DNA of 64,000 bases from positions 96,001 to 160,000 of the forward strand of contig OZ241996.1 in assembly GCA_965204535.1 (NCBI GenBank), in the 5' to 3' direction. Made by a program: the position numbers and the translations under genes. Positions 53,262-63,732 of the stretch are shown here, in pieces (the first letter of the stretch is position 1; each line of letters opens with the position of its first letter). Source of the DNA: a bacterium (GTDB lineage: Bacteria; UBA8248). Under the pieces are notes generated by a model, which saw only the letters and a program-made list of their open reading frames with translations, was not told the origin of the DNA and searched no databases.

Positions 53262-54494
53262 ATGAGCCGCGTTGTCACCACCGATACCCATCCCGGTCGT
53301 GGCGCGGTGCTCGCGATGATCGTGGCCGGTTGTCTGATCTCGCTCATCGGATTCGGGGTCCGCGGGAGCTTCGGGCTCTATCTCGAGCCGATGACGGTTT
53401 CGAACGGGTGGTCGCGCCAGACCTTCGCGTTCGCGATGGCGATCCAGAATCTGTTGTGGGGCGTCGGCGTCCCGGTCGCCGGGGCCATCGTGGACCGGTA
53501 CGGACCGGCGCTGGTGCTCGCCTCGGGCGCCGTCGCCTACGCCTTGGGCATTGCAGGCATGGCGGCCTCGGAGAGCGGACTCGCGCTCCATCTGAGCGGC
53601 GGCCTCCTCGTCGGCCTCGGGGTCGCGTTCACCTCGTTTTCTCTCGTGCTCGCCGCCATCGCGCGGGTCGTGGGGCCGGAGCGCCGCTCGCTCGCCCTCG
53701 GCTTCGGCACCGCGGCCGGCTCGCTCGGCCAGGTGATCTTCTCACCGCTCACCCAGGCCCTGATATCGAGATACGGCTGGTACGACTCGCTCCTGCTGAT
53801 CTCTCTCATCACGCTGGCCATGATTCCGCTCGCGTTCACGTTGCGGGGCGCGGGCAAGGCAGTCGGCGAGCCGGAATCGGGCCAGACCCTCAGAGAGGCG
53901 CTCGACGAAGCGATGAGCCACCGCGGCTACGTGCTCCTCACCATCGGGTTCTTCGTGTGCGGGTTCCACGTCTCGTTCATCGTCGTGCACTTCCCCGCCT
54001 ATGTCACCGATCTCGGCCTCGCGCCGCATGTAGGCGCCTATTCGCTCTCGATCGTCGGGCTGCTCAACATCTTCGGCGCGTTCATGTCGGGCGCCGTCGG
54101 CCAGCGGTTCAGCAAGAAGATGAGTCTTTCCGTCATCTACCTGGGCCGGGCGCTGGTCATCGTCGCGCTCCTGATGGCTCCGTCGAGCGCCCTGACGATC
54201 TATCTGTTCGCGGCGGCGATGGGGCTGCTGTGGCTCTCGACGGTCCCGCTGACCACCGGCATCGTCGCGCAGATCTTCGGGTTGAAATACATGGCGACCC
54301 TCTTCGGCATCGTGTTCCTGGGCCATCAGATCGGAAGCTTCATCGGCATATGGATGGGCGGGGTGCTCTACGATCGCACCGGCTCGTACGACCTGATGTG
54401 GTGGGCCGCCGTGTTCTTGGGGGTGTCCACGGCCATCCTCCACCTGGCCATCGACGAGAAGCCGCTCCCCCGTCTCGCGCTGGAGGAGGGCTGA
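53262..54494 (+). CDS. MFS transporter
   Basis: About 12 hydrophobic segments; GAIVDRYG, GFFVCGFH, HQIGSFIG. Confidence 0.92.
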   Translation: MSRVVTTDTHPGRGAVLAMIVAGCLISLIGFGVRGSFGLYLEPMTVSNGWSRQTFAFAMAIQNLLWGVGVPVAGAIVDRYGPALVLASGAVAYALGIAGMAASESGLALHLSGGLLVGLGVAFTSFSLVLAAIARVVGPERRSLALGFGTAAGSLGQVIFSPLTQALISRYGWYDSLLLISLITLAMIPLAFTLRGAGKAVGEPESGQTLREALDEAMSHRGYVLLTIGFFVCGFHVSFIVVHFPAYVTDLGLAPHVGAYSLSIVGLLNIFGAFMSGAVGQRFSKKMSLSVIYLGRALVIVALLMAPSSALTIYLFAAAMGLLWLSTVPLTTGIVAQIFGLKYMATLFGIVFLGHQIGSFIGIWMGGVLYDRTGSYDLMWWAAVFLGVSTAILHLAIDEKPLPRLALEEG

Positions 54495-54536
54495 ATGCAG
54501 CCGGGCCCGCCGTCAGGATGAAGGCGGCCGCGGCCC

Positions 54537-56162
54537 CTAGTTCACCCGCTTCTCGCGGCCGGCCCATTCCTTATCGCGGAGGACGAACTTCTGTATCTTG
54601 CCGGTGGCGGTCTTGAGGAGCGGGCCGAACTCCACGCGCTTGGGCGCCTTGAAGCGGGCGAGGCGGCCCTTCACGTGTTCGATGATCTCCTCCTCGCTCA
54701 CCTCCATCCCCTCCTTCTTGACGGCGAAGGCCTTGGGCACCTCGCCCCATTTCTCATCCGGCGCAGCGACGACGGCCACTTCGAGAATCGCCGGGTGAGA
54801 GGCGATGGCTTTCTCGACCTCGATGGTGGAGATGTTCTCCCCGCCCGAGATGATGATGTCCTTGGCGCGGTCCTGGAGGTCGACGTAGCCGTCCTCGTGC
54901 GCGACGGCGATGTCTCCGCTGTGGAACCAGCCGCCCCGGAAGGCCTCCTCGGTGGCGGGGGGGTTGTCGTAATAGCCGGCCATGACGTTGTTTCCGCGCA
55001 TCATGACCTCGCCCTGGGTCTTTCCGTCCCAGGGAACCGCGCGCATCTCCGGATCCCGGACCTCGCATTCCCCCGTCATGACGAAGGGGACACCCTGGCG
55101 CGCCTTGAGACGCGCGCGCTCCGCGGCGGGGAGGTCGTCCCATTCGGGGTGCCAGGCGCAGACGGTGTGGGGGCCGTAGGTTTCGGTGAGTCCGTAGGCG
55201 TGGACGACCCGCGCGCCGAGGTCCTCCTCCATGGTGGCGATGATGGTGGGGGATGGCGGCGCGCCTGCGGTCATGATGGTGACGGGCTGGGGGAAGGGGC
55301 CCTCCCGGGCGGCGGGGTCGTTCGCGAGGGCGATGAGCACGGTGGGGGCGGCGCAGAAGTGGGAGACCCGCTCCTCGCGGATGAGGCGGAATATCTCGGC
55401 CGGCTGGACGGCGCGCAGGCAGACGTGTCGTCCGCCAACCGCCGTCACGCCCCAGGTGTAGCACCAGCCGTTGCAGTGGAACATCGGGAGGGTCCAGAGG
55501 TAGTTCATGTAGACCGAGCCGCCCACCTCGACGATCTCGCCCAGGGCGTTCAGATAGGCGCCCCGGTGGGTGTACATCACCCCCTTGGGGCGGCCCGTGG
55601 TCCCGCTGGTGTAGTTGATCGAGAGGGGCGCGCCCTCCTCGCCGATCTTCCAGGGAAGGTTCTCGTTCTGCGCCGAGGCGATGAACGCCTCGTACTCCGG
55701 TCCGTCGAAGACGGCGTCGGCAGGACCGAAGCCCGCAACGTCGTCCACCACGTTCACGAAGGTCCGGACCCCCGGGAGCTTGCTCCGCTGATCGGCGAGG
55801 GGCTTCGCCCATTCGCAGTCGGCGACGAGCACCTTGGCGCCCGAGTGCTCGCAGATGTAGGCGATCTCCTCCGGAGAGAGGCGGATGTTGATCGCCACCA
55901 GGAGCGCGCCCAGCAGGGGAACCGCGAAGTGGGCCTCGAGCATGGCCGGCACGTTGGGGACGACGTAGGCGACCCGGTCACCCTCCCCGACCCCCGCCGC
56001 CTTCAAGGCGGCCGCGCAGCGCTGGACGCGATCGGCGAACTGCGCGTAGGTGTAGCGGCGGTTCCCGTAGACGACGGCTTCCTTGTCTTTGTAGACCCAG
56101 TGGTTCCGCTCCATGAAGTTGAGTGGGCTCAAGGGCGCGAAATTGGCGGACAACTCGGGCAT
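54537..56162 (-). CDS. Acyl-CoA synthetase (AMP-binding, AAE/DmdB-like)
   Basis: YTSGTTGRPKG, YGLTET, FHSGD, DRAKDIIISGGENI, KTATGKIQK. Confidence 0.93.
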   Translation of the reverse strand: MPELSANFAPLSPLNFMERNHWVYKDKEAVVYGNRRYTYAQFADRVQRCAAALKAAGVGEGDRVAYVVPNVPAMLEAHFAVPLLGALLVAINIRLSPEEIAYICEHSGAKVLVADCEWAKPLADQRSKLPGVRTFVNVVDDVAGFGPADAVFDGPEYEAFIASAQNENLPWKIGEEGAPLSINYTSGTTGRPKGVMYTHRGAYLNALGEIVEVGGSVYMNYLWTLPMFHCNGWCYTWGVTAVGGRHVCLRAVQPAEIFRLIREERVSHFCAAPTVLIALANDPAAREGPFPQPVTIMTAGAPPSPTIIATMEEDLGARVVHAYGLTETYGPHTVCAWHPEWDDLPAAERARLKARQGVPFVMTGECEVRDPEMRAVPWDGKTQGEVMMRGNNVMAGYYDNPPATEEAFRGGWFHSGDIAVAHEDGYVDLQDRAKDIIISGGENISTIEVEKAIASHPAILEVAVVAAPDEKWGEVPKAFAVKKEGMEVSEEEIIEHVKGRLARFKAPKRVEFGPLLKTATGKIQKFVLRDKEWAGREKRVN

Positions 56163-56249
56163 GACATGTCTCCTCAAGAAGGCCCGCCGCAGGCCGCGCC
56201 GGCGAACGGCGGCGCCCGGAACGAGGGCGACTTCAAAAACGATAGGCGT

Positions 56250-56258
56250 ATTGTAGCA
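56250..56258 (-). promoter_or_regulatory. Putative extended -10 promoter for the acyl-CoA synthetase
   Basis: Minus strand TGcTACAAT about 90 bp upstream of the start. Confidence 0.4.
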
Positions 56259-56503
56259 AAGCGCCCAAAGCCGGGCAGCCGCGCCCTGAGGATGAAATGA
56301 TTTTTCCGGCCGGGTCTCGCCGTGAGCGGAGAAGCCGAATGGCGAATGACCCGGCAACCAGCCTTTTTCCCGGGCATAAAACCGGCTTTCCCCAGGCAAA
56401 ATCGGCTGGAAAATCGAGAGATTTTCCGGGGCATCCGCAATTATTTTTGACCACGCATCATGGGCTTTTCAACAACCCCGCAAGAGCGAGCGGCAAAACC
56501 TCC

Positions 56504-57200
<697 letters not shown>

Positions 57201-57208
<8 letters not shown>

Positions 57209-57977
57209 TGGAGGTTCCCAGATAGGCTTCGAGCACCCTGGGGTCGCGCCGCACCTCGGCGGGGGTTCCGTCCGCAATCTTCTCCCCGTGGTCGAGGACG
57301 ACCACGCGGTCCGAGATGCCCATGACCACCTTCATGTCGTGTTCGATCAGCAAGATGGTGACGCCGCGATCGCGAATCGCCAGGATCAATTCGTTCAGAA
57401 CGCCCTTCTCGCGCGGATTCATGCCGGCGGCGGGCTCGTCGAGCAGCAAGAGGCCGGGCTCGCTCGCCAGGGCGCGCGCGATCTCGAGCCGTCTCTGATC
57501 CCCGTAGGAGAGCGCCTCCGCCATGCCCGAGGCGTAGGCGTCGATGCCCGTGAATTTCAGCAATTCCATGGCTTCGGCCACCGCCTCGCGCTCCTCGGCC
57601 ACCATCCCGGGGAGCCTGAAGATCGCGCCTATCGGGCCGCTGCGCATCTTGCAGTGCCGGCCCACCAAGACGTTTTCGAGCACCGTCATCCCCCGGAAGA
57701 GGCGAATGTTCTGGAAGGTGCGCGCGATGCCCATGCTCGCCACGGCGCTGGGCTTGAGCCCCACGAGGTTTTTCCCCCCGAACACGACGTCCCCTTCGGT
57801 GGGCGCGTAGAGGCCCGTCACCACGTTGAAGGCCGTCGTTTTCCCTGCGCCGTTCGGGCCGATGAGGCCTAACACCTCGCCCTCGTACACGATCATGTTC
57901 AGAGAATCGAGCGCCACCACGCCGCCGAAGCGCCTCGTGAGATTCTTCAAGAGCAAAAGACGCACCTTCGGGCTCAT
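57201..57977 (-). CDS. livG: Branched-chain amino acid ABC ATPase LivG
   Basis: GPNGAGKT, ARTFQNIRLF, LSYGDQRRLE, DEPAAGMN. Confidence 0.94.
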
Positions 57978-59155
57978 CGCCCCGCCGCCCCCTCGCCTTG
58001 CGGTTCGTCCCGTTCGAGATGGTGGCGCTGCCCCCTGGCCTGCAGGAGTCCCTGGGGCCTCAGCACCATCATGAGCACCATCGCGCCGCCCAGGAGCATG
58101 GGCCGGAACAGCGTGAGTTCCCTGAGCGCCTCGGGCAGCACGGTGAGGATGAACGCGCCGAGCATCACGCCCGGAATGCTCGCCATGCCGCCCAGCACCA
58201 CCATGCACAAGATGATGACGGATTCAAAAAACGTGAAACTCTCCGGTGAGATGAACGTCTGCTTCGCGGCGAAGACGACGCCCCCGAACCCGGCCCAGGC
58301 GGCGCCGAAGGCGAAGGCGGAGAGTTTCGTGTAGACGATGTTGACGCCCACGCACTCGGCCACCGTCTCGTCCTCGCGCATGGCCGCCCAGGCGCGGCCC
58401 AGGCGGCTCTTGTCGAGCCGGTTCACGATGAAGATCGTGACGATGCACAAGACGAGAACGAGGTAGTAGAAGTGCATGGGCTTGTAGAGGCGCATATCCC
58501 CCAGATAGGGGCGCCCGATGCCCAGGATGCCGTTCGGGCCCTGCGTCACGTTGTCCCAGTTGTTGAGAACCAGGCGGATGATCTCGCCGAAGCCGAGCGT
58601 GACGATGGCGAGGTAGTCGCCCCTGAGCCGCAAGACGGGGACGCCCAGGATGATCCCGAAAAGCGCCGAGCAGGCCACGCCTACTCCCAGGGCCGGCCAG
58701 AAGGAAAGCCCGTACCAACTGTTCAAAAGAGCGTAGGAATACGCCCCCACGGCGTAGAAAGCCACGTAGCCCAGGTCCAGCAGACCGGCGAAGCCGACCA
58801 CCACGTTCAGCCCGAGAGCGAGCATGATGTAGATGCCCGTGATGACGAGCACGTCGGTGGAGTAGCGATCGAGCGTCCAGGGCAGCGCGATGATGAGGAG
58901 CAGGAACAGGCTCCCGTATCGCTTGTCGTAGGATTTCTCCTCGATGAAGCCCCAGGCGGATACGAACTTCTCCTTCACCCGATCAGCGGGCCCCGCCAGC
59001 GAGCCGGACTGCACGCTCGCCCGCGTCGCGCTCACCACGAAGACGACGGCGGCGCAGCCCAACCCTATCCAGAGGCTGTTCTTCCAACCCGCAAGCGGCA
59101 ACGCCAGAAAGGCGAACCAAAGGCCGATGAAGGGAACTCTCGCGTAGGCGCTCAT
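57974..59155 (-). CDS. livM: Branched-chain amino acid ABC permease LivM
   Basis: GLNVVVGFAGLLDLGYVAFY, LRLRGDYLAIVTLGFGE. Confidence 0.94.
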   Translation of the reverse strand: MSAYARVPFIGLWFAFLALPLAGWKNSLWIGLGCAAVVFVVSATRASVQSGSLAGPADRVKEKFVSAWGFIEEKSYDKRYGSLFLLLIIALPWTLDRYSTDVLVITGIYIMLALGLNVVVGFAGLLDLGYVAFYAVGAYSYALLNSWYGLSFWPALGVGVACSALFGIILGVPVLRLRGDYLAIVTLGFGEIIRLVLNNWDNVTQGPNGILGIGRPYLGDMRLYKPMHFYYLVLVLCIVTIFIVNRLDKSRLGRAWAAMREDETVAECVGVNIVYTKLSAFAFGAAWAGFGGVVFAAKQTFISPESFTFFESVIILCMVVLGGMASIPGVMLGAFILTVLPEALRELTLFRPMLLGGAMVLMMVLRPQGLLQARGQRHHLERDEPQGEGAAGR

Positions 59156-60060
59156 GTTCTGTCCGCCTCTTCACCCGAACCGCCCAGAATGCCTTGGGGC
59201 CGGAAGATGAGGACGACGACCAGCACCATGAACGCGAAGACGTCCTTATAGATCGCAGAGACGTATCCCGCCCAGAAACTCTCCAGGAGCGCCAGCAGAA
59301 AGCCGCCCAGGAACGCCCCCGTCACGTTGCCGATGCCGCCCAGCACGGCGGCGGTGAACGCCTTCATTCCAGCGACGAAGCCGATGTAGTGGTTCACGAT
59401 TCCGTAGTACATCCCCACCATCACGCCGGCCACGGCGGCCAGGACGGAACCGATGGCGAACGTGATCGCGATCACCCGGTTCACGTTCACGCCGACGAGC
59501 GAGGCCATCGTTCTGTCCTGTGCGGTGGCGCGCATGGCCTTGCCGAGTTTCGTCTTCTTGATGAAAAGCTGCAAAGCCGACATAAGGCCAACGGCAATTA
59601 TGAGGATGAATATCTGCAGGCCGTTCACGTAGGCGCCGAAAAGCTGGAAACTCCCGAGTTCCAGAAGATTGGGAAACGCCTTATCCCGCGCGCCCTGGAC
59701 GACCTGCACGTAGTTCTGCAGGAACAGACTCATGCCTATCGCGCTGATGAGCGGGGAGAGCCTCGGCGCGCCCCGCAGGGGACGGTAAGCCACACGCTCG
59801 AGCGTGATGCCGTATGCGGCGCAGTAGATCATCGGGATCAGGAAGACGAGGACGATGCTCAGCGCTAGGCTCGTCTGTGTCAAGCCCATCGTTCCCAGCA
59901 CCGCCAGGACGGCGATGCCCACGTAGGCGCCTATCATGTAGATTTCGCCGTGGGCGAAATTGATGAGCTGCAGAATGCCGTAGACGAGCGTGTAGCCCAG
60001 GGCGATCAGGGCGTATACCGCGCCCACGACGAGGCCGTTCACCAACTGTTGCGCAAACAT
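59152..60060 (-). CDS. livH: Branched-chain amino acid ABC permease LivH
   Basis: YALIALGYTLVYG..INFAHG, KAFTAAVLGGIG. Confidence 0.95.
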   Translation of the reverse strand: MFAQQLVNGLVVGAVYALIALGYTLVYGILQLINFAHGEIYMIGAYVGIAVLAVLGTMGLTQTSLALSIVLVFLIPMIYCAAYGITLERVAYRPLRGAPRLSPLISAIGMSLFLQNYVQVVQGARDKAFPNLLELGSFQLFGAYVNGLQIFILIIAVGLMSALQLFIKKTKLGKAMRATAQDRTMASLVGVNVNRVIAITFAIGSVLAAVAGVMVGMYYGIVNHYIGFVAGMKAFTAAVLGGIGNVTGAFLGGFLLALLESFWAGYVSAIYKDVFAFMVLVVVLIFRPQGILGGSGEEADRT

Positions 60061-60087
60061 AGAAAAATCTTTACATGATCAGGAGAT

Positions 60088-60118
60088 AAAAAAGAAGGGG
60101 AGGCTTTCGCCTCCCCTT
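60088..60118 (-). terminator. Intrinsic terminator/stabilising hairpin between livK and livH
   Basis: 10-bp stem AAGGGGAGGC/GCCTCCCCTT, GAAA loop on the minus strand, followed by a U-run. Confidence 0.75.
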
Positions 60119-60145
60119 TCATCATCCGGCATGGCGACGCGCGCC

Positions 60146-61270
60146 CTAATTGATCTCGACGAATTTCGCCCCCTTCACCTGCCATAGCACGTAGGGACTC
60201 TCCAGGACGTCTCCTTTCTTGTTGAACTGGAGTTTGCCCAACGACGTGTTCCAGGCCTTGCTGCGCAGGTGGGCGGCCAGCTTGGCTCCTTTGGTGCTGC
60301 CCGTGGCCTGGATCGAGTTCAGAATCATATTCATGGCCACGTAGCTGTAAATCGTGTAGGCGCCCACTTCCTTGCCGAAGCGCTTGCGGTGTCTCTTGAT
60401 GACGCTCTGCGCCGCCGCGAGTTTCGTCTGATCCGGCGTGAACGTTATCAAGGTGCCCTCGGCGGATTTGCCGGCGATCTTGTAATACTCTTCCGTGACG
60501 ATGCCGTCGCCGCTCATGAAAAGCGCCTTCATGCCGAGGCGCTCGCGCATCTGCTTGACCAGAAGAATGGCCTCGGGGTGGATGCCGCCGAAATAGACGA
60601 GTTCGGGCTTCGCCTGTTTGGCGGCCGTCAAGACGGGCGTGTAGTCCTTATCCCCCTGTACGACGCCGCTGTAGAAGACGGGCTTGACGCCTCTTTTCTC
60701 GAGGAAGCGCTTCGTCTCATCGGCGAGTCCCTGGCCGTAGGTGGTCTTGTCGTGGAGGATGGCGACCCGTTTGAGCTTCAGCTTGTCCACGATGTAGTTC
60801 GCCGCCACTTCTCCTTGCTGATCGTCGCGCCCGCAGACGCGGAAGACCGTCGAGAAACCCTGCTCGGTGAGCTTGGGGTTCGTGGACGCCGGCGTGATCT
60901 GGACGACGCCCGCCTCCGCGTAGACGGTGGACGCAGGGATAGAGACCGAACTGTTGAAATGGCCGACGATGCCGGCGGCGCCCGCGTTTACGAACTTGTG
61001 CGCGATCGACACCCCTTCTTTGGGATCGTGGCGATCGTCGCCCCACAGAATATCCACCTTCATCTTCTTGCCGCCGACGCTCACGCCGCCCCTGGCGTTC
61101 CACTCCTCCACCGCGAGCGTCGCGCCGTTTTTCAGCATCTCGCCGAACGCCGCCTGAGCACCCGTTAGGGGGCCGGCCACGCCGATCTTCAAGGTCGTGG
61201 CGTGCGCAGTCGAACCAAGGAATACGGCGGCTGTGAGAACGATCAGGATGAAAAACAGCTTTTTGCGCAT
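60146..61270 (-). CDS. livK: Branched-chain amino acid ABC substrate-binding protein
   Basis: Signal peptide, GVAGPLTG, GHFNSSVSIPAS, RVCGRDDQQG, HDKTTYGQGLA. Confidence 0.92.
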   Translation of the reverse strand: MRKKLFFILIVLTAAVFLGSTAHATTLKIGVAGPLTGAQAAFGEMLKNGATLAVEEWNARGGVSVGGKKMKVDILWGDDRHDPKEGVSIAHKFVNAGAAGIVGHFNSSVSIPASTVYAEAGVVQITPASTNPKLTEQGFSTVFRVCGRDDQQGEVAANYIVDKLKLKRVAILHDKTTYGQGLADETKRFLEKRGVKPVFYSGVVQGDKDYTPVLTAAKQAKPELVYFGGIHPEAILLVKQMRERLGMKALFMSGDGIVTEEYYKIAGKSAEGTLITFTPDQTKLAAAQSVIKRHRKRFGKEVGAYTIYSYVAMNMILNSIQATGSTKGAKLAAHLRSKAWNTSLGKLQFNKKGDVLESPYVLWQVKGAKFVEIN

Positions 61271-61409
61271 GTTGGGTCTCCTTCAGGCAACTGGAATTTA
61301 TTGAGAACCAAAGGCTCCATGCACGCTACAAGGCAACTTTGCTTTGCTCCGGGAATTGCCCCTCGCGGCAATCATGACTTTTCCGGCACCGTGAAATTCG
61401 CTTCTTCAC

Positions 61410-61438
61410 AAGATACATAAAGAAAAAGAGCCTTTCAA
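61410..61438 (-). promoter_or_regulatory. Putative sigma70 promoter for the liv operon
   Basis: Minus strand TTGAAA, 17 bp, TATCTT. Confidence 0.5.
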
Positions 61439-61460
61439 GATTTTTTGATGGGCGCTCTTG

Positions 61461-62027
61461 CTAGGCCGTCTTCACGCGCTCGATGTATTCGCCCGTCCGC
61501 GTGTCGATTTTGAGCACGTCGCCCTCGTTCAGGAACAAGGGCACGGTGACCACCGCACCCGTCTCGAGTTCTGCCTGCTTTGTCGCGCCCGTCGCCGTAT
61601 CGCCCCGAACTCCCGGTTCTGTTTTCTTGATCGCCAGTTCCACAAACGTGGGCATCTCGATGGAAATCGCGTCGCCCTTGTGGAAGAGGATGTCGACGAT
61701 GGTCTCCTCGCGCAAAAGCTTCACGCTCTCGCCTAATTTCTCCTCCCCCAACCCGGTCTGGTCGTAGGTCTGCGTGTCCATGAAATAGAGAACGTCGCCG
61801 TCTCTGTAGAGATACTGCATCTGTTTTTGCTCGATTCCGGGGTCTCCCACGGACTCGCCGGAGCGGAAGGTTTTCTCCAGAACGCGGCCCGTCCGGAGAT
61901 TCTTGAGCTTCGTGCGCACGAACGCCCCGCCCTTGCCGGGCTTCACGTGCTGGAACTCCACGATGATGAACGGCTCGTTTTCGAGCTCGATCTTGAGGCC
62001 ATTACGGAAATCACTTGTCGAGGGCAT
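61461..62027 (-). CDS. efp: Elongation factor P
   Basis: HVKPGKGGAFVRTKL, PGVRGDT, DTRTGEY. Confidence 0.98.
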   Translation of the reverse strand: MPSTSDFRNGLKIELENEPFIIVEFQHVKPGKGGAFVRTKLKNLRTGRVLEKTFRSGESVGDPGIEQKQMQYLYRDGDVLYFMDTQTYDQTGLGEEKLGESVKLLREETIVDILFHKGDAISIEMPTFVELAIKKTEPGVRGDTATGATKQAELETGAVVTVPLFLNEGDVLKIDTRTGEYIERVKTA

Positions 62028-62059
62028 CGGTTCCAAAAACCTCCTGATGATGAAAAAGT

Positions 62060-63130
62060 CTACAAAACGACGAGTTCCTTAGTTATCGAACGGGTGAGAA
62101 CTTCCTTCCCCCGCTCGGTGACGAGCACCATATCCTCGATTCTCACGCCGCCCCAGCGGGGCAGATAGATGCCGGGCTCCACCGTCACGACCATGCCGGG
62201 CCTGAGTTCCTCTTTCACACCGGGGCCGAGCCTGGGGGCTTCGTGGATGTCGAGACCCACCCCGTGGCCCGTTCCGTGCCCGAACGCCTCCCTGTAGCCG
62301 TATCCCGAGATGACGTCGCGCGCGGCCCTGTCCACGTCGCCGCAGGAGACGCCCGGCTTCACGGCTTCTAACGCCGTCATCTGGGCTTCTAAGACGATCT
62401 CGTATATCTTCTCGCCCCTGGGCGTGGGCCTGCCGAGGGAGAACACCCGCGTCGTATCCGCATGGTAGCCCGACATCACGGCGCCGAAATCGATGGTGAT
62501 GAGGTCTCCTTTTTTGAGCTTTCTCGATGAGGCGATCCCGTGCGGCAGCGCCGAGCGCGGCCCCGAGGCGACGATGGTGTCGAACGAGGCGCCGGAGGCG
62601 CCCCGCCGCCTCATCGCGGTTTCGAGGTCGAGCGCGACGTCCGATTCGGCACGTCCGGGGCGAATCGAATCGGCGGCTTCGCCCAAAGCATCCCCGTTCA
62701 CCCTGGCGCCTCGCTTGAGCATTCGAATTTCACCCGGGTCCTTGCAAAGCCTCAAACCCTCCACGAGGCCCGAGACGGGTTTTAAGCGCACGCCCTTGAT
62801 GAGCTTGCGCAACTGCCGGAAAACCCCGTGGGTGAGGTGCGCCTCTTCGAAAGCGAGCGCCTTCGCCCGCGTTCTTTTGAGTTCCTTCGCTATCCCCTGA
62901 ACCGGGGAGGCGTGCTCGGCGCGGCGAAAATCGGGCGGCACCTGCTTCGCCGCCTGGGAGCGGTAGCGGAAATCCGTGATGAAGACGGCGCTTCCCGCGG
63001 AGATAAGGCACGCGCCCGCAGAACCCGTGAACCCGGTGAGATAGCGGACGTTCTTCCGGTTCGTCACGGCGAAAGCGGAGAGGCCCTCCCGCCGCATCGC
63101 CTTTCTCAGGGCGCGCAGACGGTGGTTCAT
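62060..63130 (-). CDS. Xaa-Pro dipeptidase/aminopeptidase (M24B)
   Basis: [36 protein letters not shown]. Confidence 0.93.
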   Translation of the reverse strand: MNHRLRALRKAMRREGLSAFAVTNRKNVRYLTGFTGSAGACLISAGSAVFITDFRYRSQAAKQVPPDFRRAEHASPVQGIAKELKRTRAKALAFEEAHLTHGVFRQLRKLIKGVRLKPVSGLVEGLRLCKDPGEIRMLKRGARVNGDALGEAADSIRPGRAESDVALDLETAMRRRGASGASFDTIVASGPRSALPHGIASSRKLKKGDLITIDFGAVMSGYHADTTRVFSLGRPTPRGEKIYEIVLEAQMTALEAVKPGVSCGDVDRAARDVISGYGYREAFGHGTGHGVGLDIHEAPRLGPGVKEELRPGMVVTVEPGIYLPRWGGVRIEDMVLVTERGKEVLTRSITKELVVL

Positions 63131-63624
63131 TCTTTTTCCGGTGGAAACGCCAGCCCCTTCACGCAGGCGTCGATCGCCACGCGCAGGGCCAGGGCGTAGC
63201 CCGCCAGGCCGAACCCGACCACGCTCCCCGCCGCCACCGGCCCGATCATCGAGCGATGCCGGAAATCCTCGCGCTTCATGACGTTGGAGATATGCACCTC
63301 ATAGACGGGCAACTCCAGGCCGCCTATCGCGTCCCGGAGCGCGACGCTGGTGTGGGTGTATCCGCCCGGATTGAAGACGCAGGCGGCGCATTCGCCCGAG
63401 GGGGCCGCGTTCTCCAGTGGCGGTTTCGCGCCCCCCGCGCGCTGGAGCGCATCGATGAGTTCCCCCTCGACGTTGGACTGGAAACACTCGAGGGCCACCC
63501 CCTCGTCCGCCGCCATCCGGGCGAGGGCCGCTTCGAGCTCGTCCAGCGTGGTCTCCCCGTACACCTCGGGTTCGCGTTTGCCCAGCAGATTGAGATTCGG
63601 GCCGTTCAAAAGCAGTATTCTCAT
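63127..63624 (-). CDS. aroQ: Type II 3-dehydroquinate dehydratase
   Basis: NGPNLNLLGKREPEVYG, NPGGYTHTSVALRDA, EVHISN. Confidence 0.97.
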   Translation of the reverse strand: MRILLLNGPNLNLLGKREPEVYGETTLDELEAALARMAADEGVALECFQSNVEGELIDALQRAGGAKPPLENAAPSGECAACVFNPGGYTHTSVALRDAIGGLELPVYEVHISNVMKREDFRHRSMIGPVAAGSVVGFGLAGYALALRVAIDACVKGLAFPPEKE

Positions 63625-63732
63625 TCGCTCACTCAAAAAGGGTGCGCCGCATCGTTTCCGCATGGAAACCGGCGAGGAATGGTAGAGAACACGGGCGGCG
63701 GCGTCAACGAACGAGAGCGGCCGAACCCCTCA

